Positions 25,933-35,430 are shown, counted from the stretch's first letter. The stretch: DNA of 64,000 bases from Acidimicrobiales bacterium (GCA_036513075.1 DATBZS010000042.1:261-64260); one strand, 5' to 3'. Notes: generated by a model not told the origin, from the letters alone. Numbers and translations are program-made.

Positions 25933-26601
25933 CTAGGTCGCCCAAGGGCGCCCGAAGCGGTCGACGTGGACCCGCTCAGCCAGCGGCAGCCGACGGGGTG
26001 GACCGAGGCGCCGTGCCGGCCAGCCCAACGGCACGACGGCCATCGGGCGCACCGAATCCGGCAGTTCGAGCAACTCGGCCAGCTCCGTTGCCCGCAAGGT
26101 GGCCAATGTGGTCAGGGCCGATCCCAGTCCCTCGGCGTTGGCGGCCAGGAGCAGGTTCTGGGTGGCCGGGAAGACCGACGAGGGAAGGACCGCCTCATGC
26201 CCGATCGACCGGTCACCGCAGACCACGACGATGACCGGCGCCGACGCAAGTCCGGACTCCACTCCTCGGTCCACGTCGTTCAACAGGGCGGGCGTCAGCC
26301 GGGACTCCGAAAACGAGCGGGCACCGTCTCGCCAGGCGGTGCGGGTCATCTCGACGATCTGGTGGCGGGTGTCCGGATCACGGACGACGACGAAGACCCA
26401 CGGCTGCTTGTTCTCCGCGCTCGGCGCATGGGTGGCCGCCTCGAGGCACCGCCCCAGTACGTCGTCGTCCACCGGTTTCCCGTCGAACTGGCGACAGGCA
26501 CGCTGGTTGAGGACGACGTCGAAGAACGTCGGCAGCCGTGCCGAGGGATCGGCGGTCACCGTCGGGCTCCGGCGCACCGCTGCGCACGGGCTCGCGGCCA
26601 C
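25933..26601 (-). CDS. Nitroreductase-family protein
   Basis: 'RACRQFDGKPVDDDVL...ATHAPSAENKQPWVFVVV' and 'ATQNLLLAANAEGLGS' are typical nitroreductase blocks. GTG start at 26599-26601. Confidence 0.85.
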   Translation of the reverse strand: MAASPCAAVRRSPTVTADPSARLPTFFDVVLNQRACRQFDGKPVDDDVLGRCLEAATHAPSAENKQPWVFVVVRDPDTRHQIVEMTRTAWRDGARSFSESRLTPALLNDVDRGVESGLASAPVIVVVCGDRSIGHEAVLPSSVFPATQNLLLAANAEGLGSALTTLATLRATELAELLELPDSVRPMAVVPLGWPARRLGPPRRLPLAERVHVDRFGRPWAT

Positions 26602-26730
26602 CGTGGCATGCGGACCGAGTTCACGGATCGGACGGGGCCTGGTGTCTCCGGTCGACCACCTCGGTGCGGTGCCGGGCGACCGGCGCCGACGTGCTCGAGG
26701 CGACCGTGCACCGGCCTATGGCGCAGCAGG

Positions 26731-27222
26731 TCATTCCGGGGCACGGTTCCGCTCCCGGTTCCTGGCGAGCGACCGGACCAGCGCGGCCTCGATCAATGCA
26801 TCGTTTCCTTCAGAGATGAAGGCGTGGACCCGCTTCTCGAACAGCCACCGCATCACCGGGTGGAAGACGTCATAGGTCTCCCGGAAGTGCACCCGGGTCG
26901 TCCCGTCGCCAAGATCTTCCAGACGGGTCCAGCCCGACGCCCGCGACCACAGGGGCTTCCCGATAGCGTCATACCGCCACGACACCGGGCGCTCGGACTC
27001 TGTGATCCACTCCCACGACTGCGCCCGGCCCTTGGAGAGCAGGTACCTCGGGACCGGAAACCGGCAGTGCCGCACCAAGCCGTTCCCCTGCTCGTCGCCC
27101 TGATGGAGGATGGTGATGGTGACCGCGTCCGTGTCGACACCGGCCCGCATCCCTTTCCAATACACGTCCCAGACTTCCTCGGGCGTCGCCTCGATGACGA
27201 AATCGAACTGGTGATCCTGCAC
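26731..27222 (-). CDS. SRPBCC (START/polyketide cyclase-like) family protein
   Basis: 163 aa. 'FDFVIEATPEEVWDVY' opens the protein, and the beta-grip-type length and pattern fit this superfamily. Superfamily-level call only. Confidence 0.75.
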   Translation of the reverse strand: MQDHQFDFVIEATPEEVWDVYWKGMRAGVDTDAVTITILHQGDEQGNGLVRHCRFPVPRYLLSKGRAQSWEWITESERPVSWRYDAIGKPLWSRASGWTRLEDLGDGTTRVHFRETYDVFHPVMRWLFEKRVHAFISEGNDALIEAALVRSLARNRERNRAPE

Positions 27223-27291
27223 GCACGCTCCTCAATTGTTCGGTAGTAAATGCCTATCGCTGATGGTGATTCCGGACTGACTCCGAATTCC

Positions 27292-28836
27292 TCACCCGTC
27301 GGGTACCTGGACCCCGCCATCACCTGAGGCCACGACCAGCCGTGACCGAACGACCTTCCCACTGGCGGTCCTCGGCAACTCCGACACGACAGTCATCTGG
27401 CGGGGAACCTTGTAGTCGGCCAGGCGGGTGCGGGCGAACTCGCGCAGCTCGTCCAGGGGAAGGTTCCCGTCAGGACGGACCACCACGAAGGCGGCGATGT
27501 CCTCGCCCAGCACGTCATGGGGCACCCCGACCACAGCAGCCTCGACCACCAACGGATGGGCCTGGAGCACCGCCTCGACATCGTCGGTGTAGATATTCAT
27601 CCCCCCGCGGATGATCACGTCCTTCTTCCGGCCGACGATGTAGAGGTACCCCTCGGCGTCCAGGTGACCGAGGTCGCCGGTATGCAGCCATCCCCCCTCC
27701 CACAGCCGCGCTGTCGCCTCGGAGTCCCGGAAGTACTCCCGGTGCCCACTCGGGTTCCGGGTGAGCACCTCGCCGATCTCACCGGTCGGGCACGGTACGC
27801 CGTCGTCGTCCACGATCCGGACCTCCACCGGGGGCGTCGGTCGTCCCACCGCCCCCGGTCGGGTGAGGGCCCCTTCGGGATCCATGGTGAACGTGGCGTG
27901 CCCACCTTCGGTCATGCCGTAGCTGTTGAGGACCGCGGCATCAGGCAACTTGGCCTGGAGGCGGAGGAGCGTGCCAGGTGCGAGCGGTGCGCTGCCCAGG
28001 ATCAGCCGGCCCAGGCTGGACAGGTCGGCGCTGTCGAACGACGGATGGTGGATCAGGAGCTGGGCCATCGCCGGGACGATGAATGCGATCACCGGTCGTT
28101 CCCGTTCGACGGTGTCGAGCCACGATCTGGCGTCGAAGGTCGGAATGAACAGGACGGTCATCCCCGCCTTCATCGGGTTGTAGATGAATCCGATACCGGC
28201 GAAGGTGAAGACCGGTGCGGCCGTGAGCCAGCCCGAGCCCCGCCACTTCGGGAGCCCGTTGGGAAGGTGGGCGACCTGGTTGTGCCGGACAGCGACGCCT
28301 TTGGGTCGGCCCGTGGTGCCCGAGGTATAGAGCACGTCGGCCAGGTCGTGCTCTTCGACCGGCACCTGGATCGGCCCGGAGTCGGCATCCATGAGGTCCA
28401 CCAGGGAGACGGATCCGATGGCGTCGGCGGGATCGACCGTCACCACGATCGCCAGATCCGGTAGTGAACCGACAAACGGAGCGAGGCCGGCGGCATAGGA
28501 ACCGCTGGTGATGAGCCCGCGGGCGCCGGCGTGATGGAGGATCACCTGCACCTCGGACGGCGACAGCCGGTTGTTGACCGGAACACAGACCGCCCCGAGT
28601 TTGTGGAGCGCGGCATAGGCCACGATCCAGTCGAGGATCCGTACGGGCTCGAGGTAGACGGCCACGCGGTCGCCCTTGACGACCCCCCGGGCCAGCAGTC
28701 CCCGCGCCAGGCGGTTCGAGTCCTCCTCCCAACGGGCGAACGTGATCGACGACCGGTCCCCCATATTGCGGTAGGCCACCTCGTCCGGATATGCCGCGGC
28801 CATCAGGCGCAACTGGTCCGGTAGGAGGTCAGCCAC
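27292..28836 (-). CDS. Acyl-CoA synthetase / AMP-dependent ligase
   Basis: C-terminal 514 aa of track ORF 27292..30027, from the GTG at 28834-28836 ('VADLLPDQLRLMAAAYPDEV', GGAG upstream). 'YTSGTTGRPKGV', 'SYGMTEGG', 'TGDLG' and 'PRTASGKV' are the adenylate-forming motifs. Confidence 0.9.
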   Translation of the reverse strand: MADLLPDQLRLMAAAYPDEVAYRNMGDRSSITFARWEEDSNRLARGLLARGVVKGDRVAVYLEPVRILDWIVAYAALHKLGAVCVPVNNRLSPSEVQVILHHAGARGLITSGSYAAGLAPFVGSLPDLAIVVTVDPADAIGSVSLVDLMDADSGPIQVPVEEHDLADVLYTSGTTGRPKGVAVRHNQVAHLPNGLPKWRGSGWLTAAPVFTFAGIGFIYNPMKAGMTVLFIPTFDARSWLDTVERERPVIAFIVPAMAQLLIHHPSFDSADLSSLGRLILGSAPLAPGTLLRLQAKLPDAAVLNSYGMTEGGHATFTMDPEGALTRPGAVGRPTPPVEVRIVDDDGVPCPTGEIGEVLTRNPSGHREYFRDSEATARLWEGGWLHTGDLGHLDAEGYLYIVGRKKDVIIRGGMNIYTDDVEAVLQAHPLVVEAAVVGVPHDVLGEDIAAFVVVRPDGNLPLDELREFARTRLADYKVPRQMTVVSELPRTASGKVVRSRLVVASGDGGVQVPDG

Positions 28837-28931
28837 GGAGGACCTGCTCCCCAACACAGCCGTGGGCCCCGTCGGCCACCTCGTCGGATGCGGTCTCCGC
28901 CGACAGCTGCCGGTGGGCGGTTGCCCGCATG

Positions 28932-30308
28932 TCAGGAGCCCGCGGTGGAAGTGGACGACAGCGGCACGGGTCGGGCCAGGCTCCAACTGAACGTCTTGGG
29001 GATCTGGTCCAGGGTGACTGTGGTCTCCAGATCCTCCACGGTGGGACCGACGCGATCGGCCACCTCCTGCAACAGGGCCTCGTCGAACCCGAAGACGCCG
29101 ATGGCGTTCCGGCCCAGGATCCGCCGGATGTCCTCCTCGGGGAGCCCGCCGAACACCTGTCGGAGGATCAAGCGATGGACAGGAGCCGCCCCTTCGAGAT
29201 GGGGATAGTCGGCACCCCACATGAGCCGGTCGACGCCGATCTCCTCGCGCATCTCGGCTTCGCCCCGGTTCATGAGCGAGCCGCCGAGGAAGACGTGCCG
29301 GTCGAAGTACTCCGCCGGTCGCATCTTCAGGTAGGACCGGACCGGTGCACCACCATGGGTGTCGAAGAAGCCCTCCATGTCCCGGATCAGGGACGGAAGC
29401 CACTGCACGCCGTTCTCGGTCACCACCACCTTGAGGTCCGGGTGGCGGTCGAACACCCCACCCAAGATCATGAACCACAAGGGCCGACGGGTGAACACGA
29501 AGACCTCGTAGAGGCCCAGGAATCCCCCGTGCTTCTCGTCGTAGAGCTGCTTGGCGTCGGTGGCGGTCCCCGAAGCCCCGGTGTGCAGATTCACCACCAG
29601 GCCATGCTCCTCGCACGCACTCCAGAACGGGTCGTAGTACTCGTCCGCGTAGCCGGGGAGCCCGGACCGCAGCGACATGGCTGGGAGCATGACCCCTCCG
29701 TAGAGTCCCGACGCACGGGCCCAGGCGATCTCCGCCACGGCCCGGTCCATGTCGTGGAGGTCGATCGGGATGCACCCGGTCCGGCGCCCCGGCGCGGCGG
29801 CACAGAACTCGGACAGCCACCGGTTGTAGGCGTTGAGGGCCGGCCACACCACATCGAGGTTCTTGTTCGAGTGACCGCCGAGGTACATCGCCGGCGACAG
29901 GCCGCCAGCCAGCACCGGTCCGGGAAAGGCCACTTCGGCGTGGATTCCCTGGGCTTCCAGGTAGGCCAGCCTCTTCCCGCCGGCGTCGGAGGGGAACACC
30001 CATTCCGAGCTGTAGTTGGCCAGCCACTCCCGAGCAGCCCCGATGTCGACTCCCATGCCGGAGAGTCGGCGCGCGGCCACCGCCCGGACGGCGTCGGGAT
30101 CGTCGATCTCGCCCGGGTCGATCCCTCCGAACATGGGGATGGCTACCGAGGACAGGTCACCGAAGGCCTCCACCGCCTGGCGGTGGCCGGGATCCACATA
30201 GGAGAGGAACTCAGCCAACGTGTCCGGTGCCGCGTGGGCATCGGCGGAAACCACCACGTAGGAACGGCCCGTGGGCAATCCGACTCTGCTTGCAGCCAAT
30301 CGAACCAC
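28932..30308 (-). CDS. Amidohydrolase_2 (ACMSD-like) family metal-dependent hydrolase/decarboxylase
   Basis: 458 aa. 'VVVSADAHAAP' lies near the N terminus. 'NLHTGAS' and 'MWGADYPHLEG' are placed like the metal-ligand segments of this TIM-barrel family. Confidence 0.8.
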   Translation of the reverse strand: MVRLAASRVGLPTGRSYVVVSADAHAAPDTLAEFLSYVDPGHRQAVEAFGDLSSVAIPMFGGIDPGEIDDPDAVRAVAARRLSGMGVDIGAAREWLANYSSEWVFPSDAGGKRLAYLEAQGIHAEVAFPGPVLAGGLSPAMYLGGHSNKNLDVVWPALNAYNRWLSEFCAAAPGRRTGCIPIDLHDMDRAVAEIAWARASGLYGGVMLPAMSLRSGLPGYADEYYDPFWSACEEHGLVVNLHTGASGTATDAKQLYDEKHGGFLGLYEVFVFTRRPLWFMILGGVFDRHPDLKVVVTENGVQWLPSLIRDMEGFFDTHGGAPVRSYLKMRPAEYFDRHVFLGGSLMNRGEAEMREEIGVDRLMWGADYPHLEGAAPVHRLILRQVFGGLPEEDIRRILGRNAIGVFGFDEALLQEVADRVGPTVEDLETTVTLDQIPKTFSWSLARPVPLSSTSTAGS

Positions 30309-30443
30309 CCTCCCCCGGCACCGCCCCGGCCCGGGCGTGCCGAGCGCAGACTACTTCTGGGAGACCGATCCCGCCGGGGCGGGGCCGATCGACGCCGATA
30401 CGGCTCTCGAGCACGAGGTCGGGCGCGACGTTACGGTGGCTGC

Positions 30444-30824
30444 ATGGACTGGTCGTCGTGGGCGGAGTGTCTGGCAATCGCGCTCAGCCCGGACGGGGAG
30501 TTCGCATCGCTTTTCGCGCCGGATGCGCTCTTCAGCGATCCGGTCAATCCACCGACCACCGATCTTGCCGCCATCGAGGAGATGACCAACGCGTCGTTTC
30601 CGGATTGGCGACAGGAGATCGTCTCGATCCACGGGGACGAGACGGCCGGAGCGTTCGAGTGGATCGGCAGCGGAACGCTCGGGGGGACCGTTCCCATCGT
30701 GATCCACGGATGCACGGTCGTCGACGTCGACGGCGATGGACTGGTGACCCGGTGGCGCGACTACTTCGACCTGAAGGAGATCGAATCTCAGTTCGAAGCA
30801 CGGGGACCCGCTGCGCCGGAGTGA
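30444..30824 (+). CDS. NTF2-like / SnoaL-like small protein
   Basis: Last 126 aa of track ORF 28791..30824, from ATG 30444. 'FSDPVNPP...FPDWRQEIVSIHGDETAGAFEWIGSG...VTRWRDYFD' fits the SnoaL-type cone fold pattern. Confidence 0.7.
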   Translation: MDWSSWAECLAIALSPDGEFASLFAPDALFSDPVNPPTTDLAAIEEMTNASFPDWRQEIVSIHGDETAGAFEWIGSGTLGGTVPIVIHGCTVVDVDGDGLVTRWRDYFDLKEIESQFEARGPAAPE

Positions 30825-30854
30825 GTCGACCGGGTCCGGGCCGATCGACTCGCC

Positions 30855-31742
30855 CTACCCGGCTCGGCGTCTGGCCTTGGACTCCCCTGCCAACACCTTG
30901 GCCTTTTCCGCATTGATCCGAGCGGCGTCCCGAGGTCGGAGGCCCTGCGCGTAGACGGCACGGATGTACTCCTGGACGTCGGTGGCCGCGGTGGCGACGG
31001 TCAGCAGGTCGTTGGACGCCTGCAGGTGGGTCCGCAGGCCCATCATGTCCCACGCCCGCCGGATGTTCGCCTTGGCCGCCATCAGCGTGGTGAGGGGTGC
31101 CTGGGCCACGAGGAAGGCCAGCTCGGCCACTTCGTCGTCGAGGCGCTCGATCGGGACCACCCGGTTGACCAATCCCATGTCCTTGGCCTCTTGGGCCGAA
31201 AGTTCCTGGCTTGTGTACATGTACTCCGACGCCCGTTTGAAGTTCATGAAGAGCCACGGCTCGATGCCCGTCTCCATAGTCGGCATGGCCATCCCCTGGA
31301 GGACGGGGAACTGGAAATAGGCGTCTTCTGAGGCGACGGTCATGTCGGTGAGCAGGCCCCATACCGTTCCGCCGCCGAGGCAGTACCCGTGGACCTGGGC
31401 GATGGTCACCTTGGGGAAGTCCCACAACTTCATCACCGGCGTGCCGTAGATATCCCACTGGCCTTTCCACGGGCTCCCCAGGCGGGCGGTGCTCTCGTCG
31501 ATCTCGCGCATCTCGGTCCCGGGAGTGCCGACCACCACGTGTCCGGCGCTGAACCCCGGTCCGTTGGCCTTGAGCACGACCACTTTGATGTCGTAGTCGC
31601 GATCGGCGTCATCGAGGCATGTGTCGACGTCGAACACCAGGTCCGACGACTGGATGTTGGCCTTTTCGGGGTAGTCCAGGGTGATCCAGGCGATCGGCCC
31701 GTCCTTCTCGTAGACGACCGTGGGCAGATGTCGGATCTCCAT
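30855..31742 (-). CDS. Enoyl-CoA hydratase/isomerase (crotonase) family protein
   Basis: Trimmed to the ATG at 31740-31742 ('MEIRHLPTVVYEKDGPIAWITLDYPEKAN'). 'GPGFSAGH' and 'VHGYCLGGG' are oxyanion-hole segments. Confidence 0.85.
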   Translation of the reverse strand: MEIRHLPTVVYEKDGPIAWITLDYPEKANIQSSDLVFDVDTCLDDADRDYDIKVVVLKANGPGFSAGHVVVGTPGTEMREIDESTARLGSPWKGQWDIYGTPVMKLWDFPKVTIAQVHGYCLGGGTVWGLLTDMTVASEDAYFQFPVLQGMAMPTMETGIEPWLFMNFKRASEYMYTSQELSAQEAKDMGLVNRVVPIERLDDEVAELAFLVAQAPLTTLMAAKANIRRAWDMMGLRTHLQASNDLLTVATAATDVQEYIRAVYAQGLRPRDAARINAEKAKVLAGESKARRRAG

Positions 31743-31969
31743 GGACCCCTCCAGTACGCATGACGTCTCTGGCAACCACCGCGCTGCGCGGCGTGATGAA
31801 GCTACCAAAGAAGCTCCCACCGCCCCGTTCCCACAACCGACACGACCGGCGGAGGCCACCGGCAACGGCCCGCCGGGCCAGTGTCCCGGTCAGTGGGAAC
31901 ATGGAGCTCCTCGTCGGCGCGGCTGGTCGGGTCACGAAATCGGCAGCTTCCCGCCCCCCTCTCTAAGAT

Positions 31970-31996
31970 CACTGTTCTCGTCGGGCAAGAACAGTG
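31970..31996. promoter_or_regulatory. 9-bp perfect inverted repeat (candidate operator)
   Basis: 'cactgttct' (31970-31978), 9-nt spacer, 'agaacagtg' (31988-31996). It lies in the divergent region between the crotonase gene and the ligase fragment, 27 nt upstream of GTG 32023. Confidence 0.4.
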
Positions 31997-32022
31997 GAAT
32001 ACAAGTTGATTGAAATGGACGG

Positions 32023-32472
32023 GTGATGGCCGGAAGCGACCTCCTCATCGGCGACATCTTCACCAACGCCGTCCGGGCCGTGCCCGGTCGGACGGCTGCG
32101 GCACTCGGTGCCGTTCCGCTCTTCGCGGCGCTGGCCAACGTGGGCGCGGTGTTCGTCCCCGTCAACAGCCTGCTCGGGCCCGACGAGGCCGGGGCCATCC
32201 TGGACACCTGCCGTCCCGACCTGGTCGGCACCGACGCCGCGCGGGAGACCCTTGCCGACGGCCGCATCCCGATCACCCTCGACGAGCTCGGCGACCGGGC
32301 CGACGGCCGGCTCCCCAAGCCCGTTGACCCGGGCGGCCCGTCCGGGCGCGTCGCCCACGTGGCCTTCTTCACCAGCGGGAGCACGGGGCGTCCGAAAGGT
32401 GCAGCGCTCTCCCACCGGGCGAACTACCTGCGGTCCCATCCCGGCGCGGTGCTCGAGCCCCGGGAGTGCTGA
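32023..32472 (+). pseudogene. Decayed acyl-CoA synthetase fragment (N-terminal ~150 aa only, with an internal deletion)
   Basis: The product runs through the P-loop 'FFTSGSTGRPKGA' and stops 25 codons later. The remaining ~350 aa of an adenylate-forming enzyme are absent. Compared with the intact ligase at 27292-28836, about 40 aa are also missing between '...VPGRTAAALG' and 'AVPLFAALANVGAVFVPVN'. Confidence 0.6.
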
Positions 32473-32488
32473 AGGACGAGGTGGACCG

Positions 32489-33421
32489 GTGAGTGGGGAG
32501 ACGGTGGCCGTCCACTGCGGCCGGTGGGGCGGCTTCCTGCTCGACGCGCTCCGCCGGAGCCTGCCGGGCATCGATCTGGTCGCAACCGGAACGACCGAGG
32601 CGACCTCGGCCGACGTGCTGGTGACCCTGGCCGACGACGGGTCGGCCCTGGCCGCCGTCCTCGGTCCGTCGGTGCGGTGGGTCCACATCCTGGGCGCCGG
32701 CGCTGACGGGTTCCCGTTCGAAGTGCTGGGCGACAGGGTGCTGACGTGCTCGCGGGGCGCTGGGGCACCGGCCATCGCCGAGTTCGTCCTGGCCACCATG
32801 CTGGCTTTCGAGAAGCGCCTGCCCGAGTCGTGGGTGACCGAACCGCCCGAGGCGTGGAACACCGCGCAACTGGGCGGGCTCGAGGGGCGCACCCTCGGAC
32901 TCGTCGGCCTGGGAGCCATCGGCACGGCGGTTGCCCGTCGTGCCCTGGCCTTCGACATGGACGTGGCCGCCGTCCGGCGCAGCACCGCCCCCTCGCCCGT
33001 CGACGGGGTCACCCTCGCTGCCGATCTCCGCTTTCTGCTCGGCCGGTCGGACCACGTGGTCGTGGTGGCCCCGGCCACAAGGGCCACCCGCCGCCTACTC
33101 GACGATGCCGCCTTCGCCCACGTCCGGCCCGGGGCCCACCTGGTCAATGTCGCCCGGGGGTCGCTGATCGACCAGGACGCCCTGGTGCGCGCCCTCGACG
33201 ACGGTCGGGTCGCCCGGGCGTCGCTCGACGTAGTCGATCCCGAGCCCCTGCCCGCTGGGCACCCCCTCTATGCCCACCCGGCGGTCCGGCTGTCCCCCCA
33301 CATCTCGTGGTCGTCGCCCCGGACAGGTGCGCGGACCATCTCGCTCTTCGCTGACAATCTCGAGCGCTACCGCCGGGGTGCGGACCTCCACGGCATGGTC
33401 GATGTGCAGGCCGGCTACTGA
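32489..33421 (+). CDS. D-isomer-specific 2-hydroxyacid dehydrogenase family protein
   Basis: Last 310 aa of track ORF 32108..33421, from GTG 32489. The NAD fold 'GLVGLGAIGTAVARRA', plus 'NVARGSLID', 'DVVDPEPLP' and 'SPHISW', are present. Confidence 0.85.
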   Translation: MSGETVAVHCGRWGGFLLDALRRSLPGIDLVATGTTEATSADVLVTLADDGSALAAVLGPSVRWVHILGAGADGFPFEVLGDRVLTCSRGAGAPAIAEFVLATMLAFEKRLPESWVTEPPEAWNTAQLGGLEGRTLGLVGLGAIGTAVARRALAFDMDVAAVRRSTAPSPVDGVTLAADLRFLLGRSDHVVVVAPATRATRRLLDDAAFAHVRPGAHLVNVARGSLIDQDALVRALDDGRVARASLDVVDPEPLPAGHPLYAHPAVRLSPHISWSSPRTGARTISLFADNLERYRRGADLHGMVDVQAGY

Positions 33422-33437
33422 TGGGAGCAGACGACTG

Positions 33438-34289
33438 ATGGGACCTGACGACATGGTGCTGTGCGCCGGCACGCTGCCGCGGGAGGTGGCCTTCGCCGAG
33501 CGGCTGGCCGTGGCGTCCGCCGCCGGCTTCCGCTACATCTCGTTGTGGGGGCGGGACATCGCCGCGGCCCGGGCCGAGGGGTACGCCGACGCCGACCTGC
33601 GGTCGATGCTGGCCGACCATGGGCTGGGCGTGGCCGAAGTGGACCCGGCCTGGTGGTGGCTGCCGGGCGCGGCCGGCGTATCCATCGACCCGTCGTTCGA
33701 CACCGAGGATGTGTTCCGCTTCGGCGAGCACGAACTCCTCGCCATGGCCGAGGCGGTCGGCGCCCGTTCCCTCAACGCCGTCGACGCCTTCGGTGGCACC
33801 TGGAGCATCGACCAGGCCGCCGAGGCGTTCGCCGGGCTGTGCAGCCGGGCCGCCGAGCACGGCCTGCTGGTCCACATCGAGTGGCTCCCGTGGTCACGCA
33901 TCCCTGATCTGACCGCCGCCCGCGCCGTCGTGGAAGGTGCCGGCGCGACCAACGGCGGTCTGAATATCGACGCCTGGCACCTGGTGCGGGCCGGTGTCAC
34001 CCTCGAGGAGCTGGCCGCCGTACCGGGCGACCTCGTCCTCGGCATCCAGCTCGACGACGGCCCGTTGGCCGCCGAGGCCAACCTGGTGGAGGCCACCCTC
34101 CACGACCGGCGACTGCCCGGCGAGGGCGAGTTCGACCTCCAGGGCCTCGTGCGCACCCTGGCCGCCATCGGGACCACCGCGCCGCTGGGCGTCGAGGTGT
34201 TCAGCGACGAGCTCCATCGGCGCGGCCCCGCCGCGGCCGCCGTTGCTGCCGCCCGTTCCACCATCACGATCCTGGAGGAGAGCAGATGA
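33438..34289 (+). CDS. Sugar phosphate isomerase/epimerase (xylose-isomerase-like TIM barrel)
   Basis: Last 283 aa of track ORF 33270..34289, from ATG 33438. 'LLVHIEWLPWS', 'NIDAWH' and 'LGVEVFSDE' fit the AP-endonuclease-2/xylose isomerase-like barrel pattern. Superfamily-level call. Confidence 0.75.
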   Translation: MGPDDMVLCAGTLPREVAFAERLAVASAAGFRYISLWGRDIAAARAEGYADADLRSMLADHGLGVAEVDPAWWWLPGAAGVSIDPSFDTEDVFRFGEHELLAMAEAVGARSLNAVDAFGGTWSIDQAAEAFAGLCSRAAEHGLLVHIEWLPWSRIPDLTAARAVVEGAGATNGGLNIDAWHLVRAGVTLEELAAVPGDLVLGIQLDDGPLAAEANLVEATLHDRRLPGEGEFDLQGLVRTLAAIGTTAPLGVEVFSDELHRRGPAAAAVAAARSTITILEESR

Positions 34290-35377
34290 GCGGTGTGGTC
34301 GTCTTCGGTACCGGATTCGGGTGCGTCACCCATGTTCGGGCCCTGCGGGCCGCCGGGTTCGACATCGTGGCCCTGGTCGGGAAGGACCCCGGCAAGACGG
34401 CGAACCGCGCTGCGCTGTTCGACATCCCGACAGCGCTCACATCGGTCGATGAAGCACTAGCTCTGAAAGGCGTCGACGCCGTCACCATCGCCACACCGCC
34501 CCACACCCATGCCGCCATCGCCCTGGCCGCCATCGCCGCCGGCAAGCACCTGATCTGCGAGAAGCCATTCGCCCGCGACGCGGCGGAAGGCCGCACCGTT
34601 CTCGCCGCCGCCGAGGCGGCCGGCGTGGTGCACCTATTGGGCTGCGAGTTCCGCTGGGATGCCGGCCAGGCTCTCCTGGCCCAGGCCGTCCAGGGAGGGG
34701 AGATCGGGGAGCCCCGAATGGCCACCGTCCTGCTCCACGTGCCGCTTCTCGCCGACCCGGCTGCCGAGGTCCCGTCCTGGTGGGCCGACGCCGAACAGGG
34801 CGGAGGGTGGATGGCGGCCCACGGGTCCCAGATCATCGACCAGATCCGGTGCACCCTCGGCGAGTTCGACCGGGTGAGTGCCAGCCTCCCCCACATCGCC
34901 GAGCGTGGGATGACCGCCGATGACGCCTTCCTCGTCCACTTCACCATGCGGTCGGGCGCAGTGGGTGTGCTCCAAAGCACGTCAGGTGACTGGGGTCCGC
35001 CGATCATCATCACCCGGGTGGTGGGCTCGACCGGGACAGCCTGGATCGAAGGAGTCGGGTCGACGGTCAAGGTGGCCGACCGCACCGGCACCCGCACCCT
35101 TCCCGTGCCCGAGTACCTGCCTACCGGTGCAGCACCTGCCCTTCCCGAGGGATTGGTGACCACGGCCTACGAGCGGATGATCTCCCATGGCATGGACCTC
35201 GCCCCCTACACCCGGCTGGCCGAAGTGTTGCGCTGTCGGATGGAGGGCCGCCCCGACCCGGCCGGCCCTGTGGCCGCCAACTTTGTCGACGGCGTCCGGG
35301 ACATCGCCGTGATCGACGCCATCAAGCGGTCGGCCACCGAGGGCGTGACGGTGGTGGTCGACGACGGACTGGGCTGA
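34286..35377 (+). CDS. Gfo/Idh/MocA-family oxidoreductase
   Basis: ATG 34286 overlaps the upstream stop (ATGA). The N-terminal Rossmann region is 'VVVFGTGFGCVTHVRAL', and 'ICEKPFA' is the family signature. Confidence 0.85.
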   Translation: MSGVVVFGTGFGCVTHVRALRAAGFDIVALVGKDPGKTANRAALFDIPTALTSVDEALALKGVDAVTIATPPHTHAAIALAAIAAGKHLICEKPFARDAAEGRTVLAAAEAAGVVHLLGCEFRWDAGQALLAQAVQGGEIGEPRMATVLLHVPLLADPAAEVPSWWADAEQGGGWMAAHGSQIIDQIRCTLGEFDRVSASLPHIAERGMTADDAFLVHFTMRSGAVGVLQSTSGDWGPPIIITRVVGSTGTAWIEGVGSTVKVADRTGTRTLPVPEYLPTGAAPALPEGLVTTAYERMISHGMDLAPYTRLAEVLRCRMEGRPDPAGPVAANFVDGVRDIAVIDAIKRSATEGVTVVVDDGLG

Positions 35378-35430
35378 CCAGGGACGATGCCTTTCGAGGG
35401 GCCGGGTGAATGGAACATGCCGGTCGTTCG

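Noticed and set aside
28791-30443. Upstream 551 codons of the 677-aa plus-strand ORF
   Set aside because: Antisense to the acyl-CoA ligase start and the amidohydrolase gene. Only the terminal 126 aa (NTF2-like) look like a real protein.
31970-31996. LexA/SOS box interpretation of the GTTCT...AGAAC palindrome
   Set aside because: The Gram-positive/actinobacterial SOS box is GAAC-N4-GTTC. Here the half-sites are in the opposite orientation and 13 nt apart.
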